From contig JANNXQ010000296.1 of assembly GCA_031409655.1 (NCBI GenBank), positions 1-19,852 on the forward strand: a stretch of 19,852 nucleotides of DNA, given 5' to 3'. This stretch comes from Chthoniobacteraceae bacterium. Its GTDB lineage: Bacteria; Verrucomicrobiota; Verrucomicrobiia; Chthoniobacterales; Chthoniobacteraceae. Below, piece after piece: positions 1-8,159 of the stretch; positions within the stretch are counted from its first letter, which is position 1, and each line of letters starts with the position of its first letter. Below the pieces are notes generated by a model. The model worked only from the letters and a program-made list of their open reading frames with translations, did no database searches and had not been told where the DNA came from. The position numbers and the translations under genes were made by a program.

Positions 1-210
1 GAAAGATTAAACGTGGAATTACAAACCACGAAACTATGGCAAGAATGGTTATAAGGATAAATGAATATACGATAATTTTTATTTTTTTTGGCGTGCCCGC
101 ATGCGCATCGTATCACCACTGACCCGCATAAATTACGTGGCAGATGGGCGCTGCGCGCGTGGTTAGGTTTGCCGCACGGGACGGCGGCGCTCCCGGGATG
201 CCGCTCCCCG

Positions 211-1878
211 CTAAATCACCGGGGCGTGCCGGGCAGCTTTGGCGTCACCGGCCTTGACCGGCGAGACCTTGACCACATTCTCCGCGTCGTAGTCGATGAG
301 GTGCAGCCAGTCTTCAGTGATGTCGCTCGGGGGGAATATGTCGTTGTTCCCGTATTCGGCGTCGAAGCTTTGGCGCAGGTCGCTCTCGGAGATGCCTTCT
401 TCGGCGCCGGTCGAAATGGCGCGCTTGATGGCGAGGCCTTTCGCCCGCTCGACGATCGAGGCGATGATCGCCCCGCTGATCAGGTCGCCGCGGAAGAGCG
501 TGTCCTTCTTGCCGCTGCGCAGCGTGATTGAGAGGAACTTGTTTTCTTCGCGATGGGAGAAGGCGAGTTCGACGAGGCGATCGACGAGCACGCCCACGGC
601 GGCCGCCACGCTGCCGGTCTCTTTCACCAGCGCCGGATCGTAGGGCAAATTCTGCGCGAGGTAGATTTTGAAGATCTCGCGGCTGCCTTCCTTGTCGGGG
701 CGGTGGACCTTGATCTTCCGATCGATGCGGCCGGGGCGCAGGATCGCGGGATCGATGAGATCGGCGCGGTTCGAGGCAAGGATGATGACCACTTCACTGA
801 GCGACTCGATGCCGTCCATCTCGGTGCAAAACATCGGGACGAGCGTGGAGAGGATGTTCGAGTAGCGCGACGCGCGGCGGGTGCCGAGGATGCTCTCGGC
901 TTCGTCGATGAAGAGGAAAGGCAGGAAACCCTCCTTCCGCTTCTCCCGCGCCGTGGAGAAAATCTCCCGGACCATGCGCTCACTTTCACCGACCCACATG
1001 TTGAGGATTTCCGGCCCCTTGATGTGCATAAAATATTCGCGCATCTCCTCCCCGGTCTGCTCCTTGAGCTGCTGGGTGAGATTGTAGGCGGTGGCCTTGC
1101 CGATGAGCGTTTTGCCGCAACCGGGCGGGCCGTAGAGCAGGAAGCCTTTCGGCGTCTGGTGCTCGAAACGCTTGAAAAGTTCCGGGTGGAGCAGGGGCAG
1201 CTCGATGGCGTCGCGGATGCCGGCGAGCGCCTCCTTTTGCCCGCCCACTTTGTCCCACGGCAGCTCGGGCACGGAGTCGAGGAAGTACTCGTCGGAGTGC
1301 GGGCGCGCGAGGGCTTCGATGGCGATGCGGTAGTTTGAGTCCACGCGCACTTCATCGCCGGCCTTGAGCTTCTCTTTCAGCAAAAGATCGCTGCGCTGGA
1401 TGACGGTGGATTGCACGCCATGCTCGGTGCCCACGCGCAGCCGATCCGGCCCGAGCAGTTCGTTGATCTTCACCACCGGACCCGTCTTGTCGTAGCCGAG
1501 ATCGCCGACGATCACGTAGGCCTCGTTCACGAGCACGCGGGTGCCGCGCCGGAGCGCGCCGAGGTTCACGCGTGGGTCCACATTGCAGTAGTAATCGGCG
1601 CCGCCGACGACGATCTGCGCGGTCTCCTTGTTCGCCGAGGCGAGGAAGGTGCCGATGCGGTTGGCGGGCGAGCTGAGCTTTTTCACGATGGCATCGAGCT
1701 TTTCCAGCGTCTGCCGGGCTTCGGTCATCGTGTCCTCGAGGTCGGCGATATCGACCCGGAGGTCGAGCAACTCCTCGCGCTGGGGATCGCCCGGCGGGAG
1801 GGATGCGATGAGACGGTCCAGGCGCTCGAGCGGAGAGAGCGGACCGTCGGCGGGAGTGAAGTCGAATGAGTCTTCCAT
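211..1878 (-). CDS. arc: Proteasome-associated AAA+ ATPase (ARC/Mpa family)
   Basis: N-terminal coiled coil (LLDLRVDIADLEDTMTEARQTLEKLDAIVKKL) followed by an OB-type interdomain. Walker A GPPGCGKT, IKGPEILNMWVGESER, Walker B LFIDEAES, SRH DPAILRPGRIDRKIKVHRPD, and C-terminal SGAIIASIVERAK all match ARC/Mpa. Start placed at ATG 1878 (MEDSFDF), downstream of a promoter-like site. Confidence 0.88.
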   Translation of the reverse strand: MEDSFDFTPADGPLSPLERLDRLIASLPPGDPQREELLDLRVDIADLEDTMTEARQTLEKLDAIVKKLSSPANRIGTFLASANKETAQIVVGGADYYCNVDPRVNLGALRRGTRVLVNEAYVIVGDLGYDKTGPVVKINELLGPDRLRVGTEHGVQSTVIQRSDLLLKEKLKAGDEVRVDSNYRIAIEALARPHSDEYFLDSVPELPWDKVGGQKEALAGIRDAIELPLLHPELFKRFEHQTPKGFLLYGPPGCGKTLIGKATAYNLTQQLKEQTGEEMREYFMHIKGPEILNMWVGESERMVREIFSTAREKRKEGFLPFLFIDEAESILGTRRASRYSNILSTLVPMFCTEMDGIESLSEVVIILASNRADLIDPAILRPGRIDRKIKVHRPDKEGSREIFKIYLAQNLPYDPALVKETGSVAAAVGVLVDRLVELAFSHREENKFLSITLRSGKKDTLFRGDLISGAIIASIVERAKGLAIKRAISTGAEEGISESDLRQSFDAEYGNNDIFPPSDITEDWLHLIDYDAENVVKVSPVKAGDAKAARHAPVI

Positions 1879-1890
1879 CGTTCGGCTCTG

Positions 1891-1918
1891 ATGATACGCG
1901 CGCGTGCCGCGGTAGCAA
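1891..1918 (-). promoter_or_regulatory. Putative sigma70-type promoter of arc
   Basis: Minus strand reads TTGCTA-16 nt-TATCAT, ending 12 nt before the ATG at 1878. Confidence 0.45.
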
Positions 1919-1938
1919 ATCACCGTCTTCCAAATGAC

Positions 1939-1979
1939 AAAAAAAATCGGGCGCAGCCGCGAGGACTGCGCCCGATTTT
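1939..1979 (-). terminator. Rho-independent terminator downstream of the DUF4142-like gene (possibly bidirectional)
   Basis: Perfect 14-bp inverted repeat aaaatcgggcgcag (1943-1956) / ctgcgcccgatttt (1966-1979). The A8 run at 1939-1946 gives a U-tract on the minus strand. Confidence 0.85.
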
Positions 1980-2002
1980 ACCAGGAAAATTTTCCGCGGC
2001 GG

Positions 2003-2578
2003 CTACTTCGCTTTCAACGCGCTCTCCGCGGCCTCGACGTCCGCGAGATGGCCTTTGAAGGCGGGCGCCCACTTGTCCACGAAGGCCTTCATCTCCGGGT
2101 CGCGCAAGGTCTTCGCCGCGGTGGTGAGCATCAGGTCGGTCTTCTTCGCTTCCTTGCCGAGGATCTTCACAAACTCCTTGTCGAATTTATCGCCCGTGAG
2201 TTTTCCCAGCGCCGTTGCTTCCGCGGCGTCCTTCGGTTTGGCGGAGGCCAGGATGTCCACCTTCTTCTCCTGCGAAAGCGTCGCAAACTCCGTCCACGAC
2301 TTCGTCAGATCGCCGAGGACCTTCCGGTAAAGAGTGGTCGTCGCGGGCGTGAGCGGATTCGGTTTCTTGTCGCGGGTCGCGCTCATTTCCTTGCTGCGCG
2401 CTTTGTTGGCGAGCTCCTGCTCGAAGGTGTGCTGCTCGGAGAAATCCTTGATGAACTTTTTGTCCGCTTCAGGAAGCTTCGGAGCCAGCGTCGAGGAGGC
2501 CGCGGGAGTCTGCGCCAGGGCGGAAGTGGCGACAGTGAACAGCGCGGCGGTGAGAGCGATGAGGGAGATGGGTTTCAT
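2003..2578 (-). CDS. Secreted DUF4142-like (ferritin-like helical) protein
   Basis: Signal peptide MKPISLIALTAALFTVATSALA. Segments ADKKFIKD, LGKLTGDKFDKEFV and DPEMKAFVDKWAPAFKGHL are typical of DUF4142. Start at ATG 2578. Confidence 0.7.
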   Translation of the reverse strand: MKPISLIALTAALFTVATSALAQTPAASSTLAPKLPEADKKFIKDFSEQHTFEQELANKARSKEMSATRDKKPNPLTPATTTLYRKVLGDLTKSWTEFATLSQEKKVDILASAKPKDAAEATALGKLTGDKFDKEFVKILGKEAKKTDLMLTTAAKTLRDPEMKAFVDKWAPAFKGHLADVEAAESALKAK

Positions 2579-2638
2579 AGGGTAGGAAGATCGGGAATCT
2601 ATCCCGCAAGCGCGCCGGGGCGGCAAGCGGGGAATCGC

Positions 2639-4264
2639 TTACTCCAGCCCGCGCTCGCCGTTGCCCCGGCGCTCGCGACCCGGCGGCGGCGGCGGCGGAG
2701 TGTTCTTTAGGAGATGATTGAGCGTGTAACAGATCAGAGGATTGGCGATCGGCGTGCCGTCCTCGGCCTTGAGCTTGTTGAGACGCAGTTCGTAGATCCG
2801 CCAGGCCGTGAGATCGCCGTAGCCGAGCGACACCCGCGTGCGATCCGGCGAGAGATGCACGGTGATCACGTCCTCATCTTCGAGGTCGTGCTGCTTCGAC
2901 CCGTAGGCGGCGTGGTAGTCGTAGTTGTAGCGCTTCGTCGGCCAGTTTGCCGGCTCCGCGGCGATCGCCGCATCCAGCGGGCGGGTGAAGGTGAAATCAA
3001 AGCCGCGATTCGTGAGCTTCATGCTCAGGACCTCGAAGGGCACTTCCCCCGTCCACGAGATCCGCTGGAGGCCCTTGTCGCCCGCCCAGCCGTGATCCGT
3101 CTGCCCGACCCACAGGCTGCCATCCGGCGCGAAGGCCATCCGGTTATTTCCTTTCTGCAAAAGGCCGTCGTCGAGGAACGGGATCGCCGCGCCCTGCATT
3201 TGCCCATCCACCTTCTCCAAGAGCACGCGAATGATCCGCGCCTTGTTCATTTCGCCGATCAACATCTGCCCTGCGAAAGGTCCGAACTTGCCGCCTGTCG
3301 TCTCGAGCAGCGGCTGCGTCGGCGAGTTTGCCATGAGGTTTTGCGGGAAAAAAATCGTCGGGCGCGTGCGTTTGGCGTCGAGCTCCTCGAGTGGGATTTC
3401 GAGCGGCTTCCGGAGCTCGCCTTGCTTCCACGCAAGGCTCGCGGGGTGGCCGTAAAATTTCCCCGCCTGCACGTGATAAAGCGGGCTCGTCCCGACCCAG
3501 TCGCCCTGATTATCGGGAATGAAAAGATTCCCCTCCGCATCGAACCCGAGTCCATTCGGCGAACGGAAACCGGAGGCGAAGGGCGTGACCTTCCCCTCGG
3601 GCGTCACTTTCAGCACCCAGCCGCGCCACGGCACTGCGGAGTACATGCGGTTCGCGGGCTCGTAGGTGGAGCGCGGATTTAAGGTGCCGCGCACTTCCGA
3701 ACGGATGCCGGCGCCGTTTGAGGCGACGTTCAGCGCGATCAGAAAATTTCCGTCGCGATCGAGCACGGGCCCGAAAGCAAACTCGTGGTAGTTCCCCGAC
3801 ATCCCGAAGTCGTCGGTGATCGTCTGGTAATCGTCCGCCACGCCATCGCCATCCGTGTCGCGAATCCGGGTGAGTTCGGGTCGCTGCATGACCACGAGTT
3901 CTGTATTACTCAGCGCGACGAGGCCGAGCGGATCGTGCAGGCCGTCCGCAAAGAGCGTCCACACCTTGGTCGTCGTGTCGTAGAGATAAATCTCGCCGCG
4001 GTGGAAGCAGGCCGCGAGGCGTCCATCCGGCAGGAAAGTGACGCCGCCGACCTCCGCCGAAAGGCCCGGCGGAGTGGCGATCATCTCCACCTTATAGGGC
4101 GCGGCTAGCCCACTGCTGATGATAGCGAAGGATGCGGCGAGGCGAAGGAGGAGCACCAGCTTCGACAAGGAGTAGGGACGCCCTCGTCCCGTGTCAGGAA
4201 CTCGGGGCGAGGGCGCCCCTGCTCCTTGTGGGTCAGCGTCCGAGGATGAAAGGGATTGGATCAT
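2639..4264 (-). CDS. Secreted beta-propeller protein, glucose/sorbosone dehydrogenase-like (DUF7133-type)
   Basis: Motifs LFADGLHDPLGL, RIRDTDGDGVADDY, NYHEFAFGP, ASGFRSPNGLGF and DNQGDW. ATG 4264 overlaps the upstream stop (ATGA). An alternative TTG start at 4168 would give a cleaner signal peptide (MSKLVLLLRLAASFAIISSGLA). Confidence 0.7.
   Translation of the reverse strand: MIQSLSSSDADPQGAGAPSPRVPDTGRGRPYSLSKLVLLLRLAASFAIISSGLAAPYKVEMIATPPGLSAEVGGVTFLPDGRLAACFHRGEIYLYDTTTKVWTLFADGLHDPLGLVALSNTELVVMQRPELTRIRDTDGDGVADDYQTITDDFGMSGNYHEFAFGPVLDRDGNFLIALNVASNGAGIRSEVRGTLNPRSTYEPANRMYSAVPWRGWVLKVTPEGKVTPFASGFRSPNGLGFDAEGNLFIPDNQGDWVGTSPLYHVQAGKFYGHPASLAWKQGELRKPLEIPLEELDAKRTRPTIFFPQNLMANSPTQPLLETTGGKFGPFAGQMLIGEMNKARIIRVLLEKVDGQMQGAAIPFLDDGLLQKGNNRMAFAPDGSLWVGQTDHGWAGDKGLQRISWTGEVPFEVLSMKLTNRGFDFTFTRPLDAAIAAEPANWPTKRYNYDYHAAYGSKQHDLEDEDVITVHLSPDRTRVSLGYGDLTAWRIYELRLNKLKAEDGTPIANPLICYTLNHLLKNTPPPPPPGRERRGNGERGLE
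4165..4229. repeat. REP-like (GTAG-type) imperfect palindrome
   Basis: Arms acaaggagtagggacgccctcgtcccg (4165-4191) and cggggcgagggcgcccctgctccttgt (4203-4229) are complementary at 24 of 27 positions, with an 11-nt loop. The left arm contains GTAG. Confidence 0.7.
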
Positions 4265-5892
4265 TTGGAGTTCGGGTTGCGGTCCGCAGCGAGACCGCGA
4301 ATTTCGTCTTCGCTCAGCACGCGGTCGTAGATGCGCGCTTCATCGAGCGTGGCCGCGGCGAATTTTGTGGCACCTTGCGAGCCCAGGAAAATCGCCGTGT
4401 CCGCAGGCAGCGTCGCGCCACTCGCCGTGCCGATCTTCTGCCCATCCACGTAGAGCGCCACGCCATTCGCGGACACCGTCGCCGCGAGATGATGCCACGC
4501 GTCATCCGCTGGCTGCTTCGTCTCCACCCGCGCCGTCTGCCCGCCGCTCGTCGTCACGAAGGCCAAGCCCACGCCGCCCAGATTGCTCCCGAGCGAAAAC
4601 TCGCCCGCCGCACTTTTCCCGCCAAGCACTGCCTGCTCCTTCTCCGCTGGCTTCTTCAGCTTCGCCCAGAGCGCAAAGGTTCCACCTTGCGCCAGACCCT
4701 CCGTCTTCAGCCGCGTGTCGTGCTGCGCCTTCTTCCCGTCAAAGGTCACCGCCCGCCCCTTCACTCCCTCCACCGGCGTCGGCTTCTTCACCGTCAGCAC
4801 ATCATTCATCGACCAATAGCCGAGCGGTTCCTTCCCCGGCGTCTCCGCCAGCGTCACCGTGAAATTCCGCGCCTGCTGCGCCGACACCTCCAGCACGCCG
4901 CCGCTGAAGCGCCCAGCGTCCGACGCGAACGCCGCGCCTGCTCTCGAATCCACCACGTAAAAAACCGGCGCCTTCGCCTCCAGCACCCTGAAAGTGATCT
5001 CCAGTCCCGCGCCATGATGCGGCGCCTTGATCAGCTCATAGACATGCACCCCATCCACCTCGTAGTGGAACTCCGGCACCCGCCCGATCAGCCGATAGCC
5101 CAGAAAAACCACCCGCGCCGGCACCTTGTCCGCTCGCCCAATGCGCAGCGGAAAAGCTGTGCCCGCACGATAGTAGATGCGGCCTCGCACTTCGGCGAAA
5201 GCGTCGCCATTTCCCGTCCAGTGCGGCAGCGGATCGAGGAAGCCACCGCGCCAGACATAGCGCAGCCGGCACGTCCCCGCGTCCCAACAGAAATTCTGCT
5301 CCGGCGCCAGCGCCACCGCGATCGACGCCGGCCCACTATCCCGCATGAAAGTCCGGTAGAGATAAGGCCGCTGCGGCTCGTAGGCGTGGAGCTTCCCGCC
5401 CAGTTCGCGCCAGAGTTCCGGCACATTCGTGTCCTTCGCCAGCGGCGGCATCGCCCCGCCCTTCGCCACATACATCGCGCCATACATGATCATCCCATGC
5501 CCCGGATAAGTGCAGACATAGGGATAGACTCCTTCCTTCTCCGGCGCGGTGAATTCCAGCTCCGCCTCCTTCCCCGGGGTCAGCACCGGCACATGCCAGA
5601 GCACCTTGTCGGACTTCGGGATAAAGTCCGACGTCGGTGTGATCGGCATCGTCATCGCCGCCGTCACGATCTCCATCCGTCCGTCTGGCGTCGTGAAGAC
5701 GAGATTGTGCGCCATGTCATCCGTATTCGAGAGCGAGAGCTTCACCTTCGCCCCCGGCTTCACCTGAAACCGCGGTGGATCAAACCGCAGTCCCGCCACC
5801 GCCTTCATCTCGATCTCCACCGCCTCCTGCGCCCGGGCCAACGGCAGCGCGAGACTCAAAGCAGCGAGAAAAAGAAAGGTGCGAAACGACAT
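4261..5892 (-). CDS. Secreted blue-copper (azurin/auracyanin-like cupredoxin) protein with a central domain and a C-terminal LamG/ConA-like domain
   Basis: Signal peptide. Type-1 copper ligands MAHNLV and YVCTYPGHGMIM. LamG signature DDAWHHLAATV...LYVDGQ...LDEARIYDRVLSEDEI. Confidence 0.82.
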   Translation of the reverse strand: MSFRTFLFLAALSLALPLARAQEAVEIEMKAVAGLRFDPPRFQVKPGAKVKLSLSNTDDMAHNLVFTTPDGRMEIVTAAMTMPITPTSDFIPKSDKVLWHVPVLTPGKEAELEFTAPEKEGVYPYVCTYPGHGMIMYGAMYVAKGGAMPPLAKDTNVPELWRELGGKLHAYEPQRPYLYRTFMRDSGPASIAVALAPEQNFCWDAGTCRLRYVWRGGFLDPLPHWTGNGDAFAEVRGRIYYRAGTAFPLRIGRADKVPARVVFLGYRLIGRVPEFHYEVDGVHVYELIKAPHHGAGLEITFRVLEAKAPVFYVVDSRAGAAFASDAGRFSGGVLEVSAQQARNFTVTLAETPGKEPLGYWSMNDVLTVKKPTPVEGVKGRAVTFDGKKAQHDTRLKTEGLAQGGTFALWAKLKKPAEKEQAVLGGKSAAGEFSLGSNLGGVGLAFVTTSGGQTARVETKQPADDAWHHLAATVSANGVALYVDGQKIGTASGATLPADTAIFLGSQGATKFAAATLDEARIYDRVLSEDEIRGLAADRNPNSK

Positions 5893-6036
5893 GGCCTGTC
5901 GTTATTCGCGCAGAATGCCCCGCCCGCAAGTGAAAGCGTTTCGAAGGCGCCCTGCCATCCGCTCCGCACGGTTCGGTGCCGATGGTGTTCACCCGCGGCG
6001 GGCGTTATTTGTCAGGTCGGTTCGGGGGACAGTACC

Positions 6037-6079
6037 TATCTGGCAAGTCATCGCCCGGCGGGCGGCTTTCTGCCATACT
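6037..6079 (+). promoter_or_regulatory. Shared motif TATCT-N5-GTCAT plus extended -10 (TGc-CATACT) upstream of the response regulator
   Basis: tatct-ggcaa-gtcat at 6037-6051 and catact at 6074-6079, 8 nt before ATG 6088. Possibly a leaderless transcript. Confidence 0.6.
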
Positions 6080-6087
6080 CGCGGTCC

Positions 6088-6762
6088 ATGCGTCTCCTCG
6101 TTGTCGAAGATGAACCGAAAATGTCTGCCTATCTGCGCCGCGCCCTCCGCGAGGAAGGTCACATGGTCGAAGTGGCGCACGATGGTGAAGCGGCGCTCGC
6201 CTGCGCGCTCGGCCAGCCCTTCGACGCGATGGTGCTCGATCTCACGCTGCCGCGGCTCGATGGGCTGAGCGTGCTGCGACAGCTCCGCGCGGGCGGGTGG
6301 GCGACGCCGGTGCTCATCCTCTCCGCGCGTGGTCAGGCGGAGGATCGGATCGCTGGCTTGCAGCTCGGCGCGGACGATTATTTGCCGAAGCCCTTTGCGA
6401 TGGAGGAGCTGCTCGCGCGCGTGAACACGCTGCTGCGCCGGGCGAGTGCGCCGCCAGGGACGCGACTCGAGGTGGCCGACCTCACATTGAATCCCGCCAC
6501 TCGCGAAGTCGCGCGCGCCGGGCGCAACGTCGAACTGCCGATGCGCGAATATGGGCTGCTCGAATACCTCGTGCGCTGCGCGGGCCGCACGCTGTCGCGC
6601 GCCCAGATCCTCGAACACGTCTGGGGTTATCACTTCGATCCCGGCACGAACGTCGTCGATGTGTACATCCAGCGCCTGCGGCGCAAGCTGGACGATGGCC
6701 ACGCGAGGAAGCTCATCCACACGGTGCCGGGGCTCGGCTACCGGCTCGCGGAGGAAACGTGA
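6088..6762 (+). CDS. OmpR-family response regulator (CusR/CzcR-like)
   Basis: MRLLVVEDE, phospho-acceptor in VLDLTLP, GADDYLPKPF, and winged helix WGYHFDPGTNVVDVYIQRLRRKLD...IHTVPGLGY. The real start is ATG 6088, inside the long 4132..6762 ORF. Confidence 0.92.
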   Translation: MRLLVVEDEPKMSAYLRRALREEGHMVEVAHDGEAALACALGQPFDAMVLDLTLPRLDGLSVLRQLRAGGWATPVLILSARGQAEDRIAGLQLGADDYLPKPFAMEELLARVNTLLRRASAPPGTRLEVADLTLNPATREVARAGRNVELPMREYGLLEYLVRCAGRTLSRAQILEHVWGYHFDPGTNVVDVYIQRLRRKLDDGHARKLIHTVPGLGYRLAEET

Positions 6763-8159
6763 AAGACTGGACGCTGCGCACCCGGCTCGCGCTCTGGGCG
6801 GCGGTCTTCTTTGCCACGGCGGTGGCGCTGCTCGGCGTCTTCACCATCTCGCTCGTGCGGAAGCATCAGGTCGCGAGTCTCGATGCGGAACTCGGAGGGG
6901 AAGCGCGCACTATTTTCCACGAGCTCGCCGAACACGGTCCGGCCGGCGTGATGCACGCCGTCACCGAGCTGGACAAGGCGACGCGCTTCGTTGCCCACGG
7001 ACCGGATGGCGCCCTGCTGTGGTTTTCGCCCGAGCTGGGGGAGGAACGTTTCGCGCCAGCCGTGGCCGGCGCGCAGACGCTCGGGGTGTGGCGCGTCTTC
7101 GTCGCGACCCAGCATGGCTATACTGTCCGCATGGCGCGTGGCTTCGAGGAGGTGGAAGCCACGGTGGCCGACGTGCGCCGCGCCTATCTGCGCGCGCTGC
7201 CGGTGCTGCTGCTCTTCGTCGTCGGCGGCGCGTGGTGGCTGGTGCGCTCGGCTTTGCGGCCCGTGCAGGACATCGGCGAGGCCGCGCGCCGCATCACCAC
7301 TGAGCATCTCGACGAACGCGTGCCGCTGCCCGCGCGGCACGACGAACTCGGCCAGCTCACCGACACGCTCAACGAAATGCTCGAGCGCCTTGACCGCGGT
7401 TTCCGCCAGGCCGTGCGTTTCACCGCCGATGCTTCGCACGAACTGCGCACCCCGCTTTCGCTCATCGCGGCCGGTCTCGAGGAGCTGCTGCGTCGCCGCG
7501 ATCTCCCGCCCGACGCCACCGCCGCGCTGGCGAGTCTGCTCGAAGACAACCGCCGCCTCGCCGCCGTCTGCCAGGATTTGCTCGTGCTCGCGCGCGCCGA
7601 TGCCGGTCACCTCGCGCTCGAGCGCCAGCCGCACGATCTCCTCGCGCTCGTCGAAGCGGCGGTGGAAGACGCCCGCATCCTCGGCGCGGAGCAGGGCCTC
7701 GTCTTCGATCTCGACCTCCCGTCGAGCGCTGCGGAAAGAGTGGATGAGCGCTACCTCACCCGCCTGCTGCTGAACGTGCTGAGCAACGCCGTGAAGTTTA
7801 ATCACCCGCGCGGCACCGTGCGCGTGCGCCTCTCGGCGGAGGAGGAGATGTGGACACTCACCATCGCCAACACCGGCCCCGGTATCGCGCCCGAACATCA
7901 GCCCCGGCTCTTCGAGCGCTTCTTCCGCGCGGACAATTCCGCCGCCACCCCCGGCCACGGCCTCGGCTTGAGCCTCAGCCGCGAACTCGCCCGCGCCCAC
8001 GGCGGCGACCTCACGCTGGTGAACTCGGATGCCGTGTGGACGACTTTCCGCGTGACGCTCCCGCGGACCGACATCGAGCGGGAGCCGGACGCAGTGGCTC
8101 CGGCACGAGCCGCGGCGGCGGCAGGTCCGCTTCAAGCCGCCAGCAGCCGGCGGGCGTGA
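6759..8159 (+). CDS. Sensor histidine kinase (HAMP, HisKA, HATPase; CusS/CzcS-like)
   Basis: GTG start overlaps the regulator stop (GTGA). Two TM helices, HAMP, H-box FTADASHELRTPL, N-box NVLSNAVKF, and G-boxes NTGPGI, FERFFR and GHGLGLSL. Confidence 0.92.
   Translation: MKDWTLRTRLALWAAVFFATAVALLGVFTISLVRKHQVASLDAELGGEARTIFHELAEHGPAGVMHAVTELDKATRFVAHGPDGALLWFSPELGEERFAPAVAGAQTLGVWRVFVATQHGYTVRMARGFEEVEATVADVRRAYLRALPVLLLFVVGGAWWLVRSALRPVQDIGEAARRITTEHLDERVPLPARHDELGQLTDTLNEMLERLDRGFRQAVRFTADASHELRTPLSLIAAGLEELLRRRDLPPDATAALASLLEDNRRLAAVCQDLLVLARADAGHLALERQPHDLLALVEAAVEDARILGAEQGLVFDLDLPSSAAERVDERYLTRLLLNVLSNAVKFNHPRGTVRVRLSAEEEMWTLTIANTGPGIAPEHQPRLFERFFRADNSAATPGHGLGLSLSRELARAHGGDLTLVNSDAVWTTFRVTLPRTDIEREPDAVAPARAAAAAGPLQAASSRRA

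Noticed and set aside
178..210. GC-rich hairpin just downstream of arc as a terminator
   Set aside because: The stem is imperfect and has no adjacent U-tract, so it cannot be distinguished from chance in GC-rich DNA.
4132..6087. N-terminal ~650 codons of the 876-aa plus-strand ORF 4132..6762
   Set aside because: Antisense shadow of the cupredoxin-LamG gene with Arg/His-rich nonsense composition. The real regulator starts at ATG 6088.
6297..6758. Upstream extension of the kinase ORF (620 aa)
   Set aside because: It overlaps the response regulator in another frame. GTG 6759 with a GTGA overlap gives a normal kinase N-terminus.
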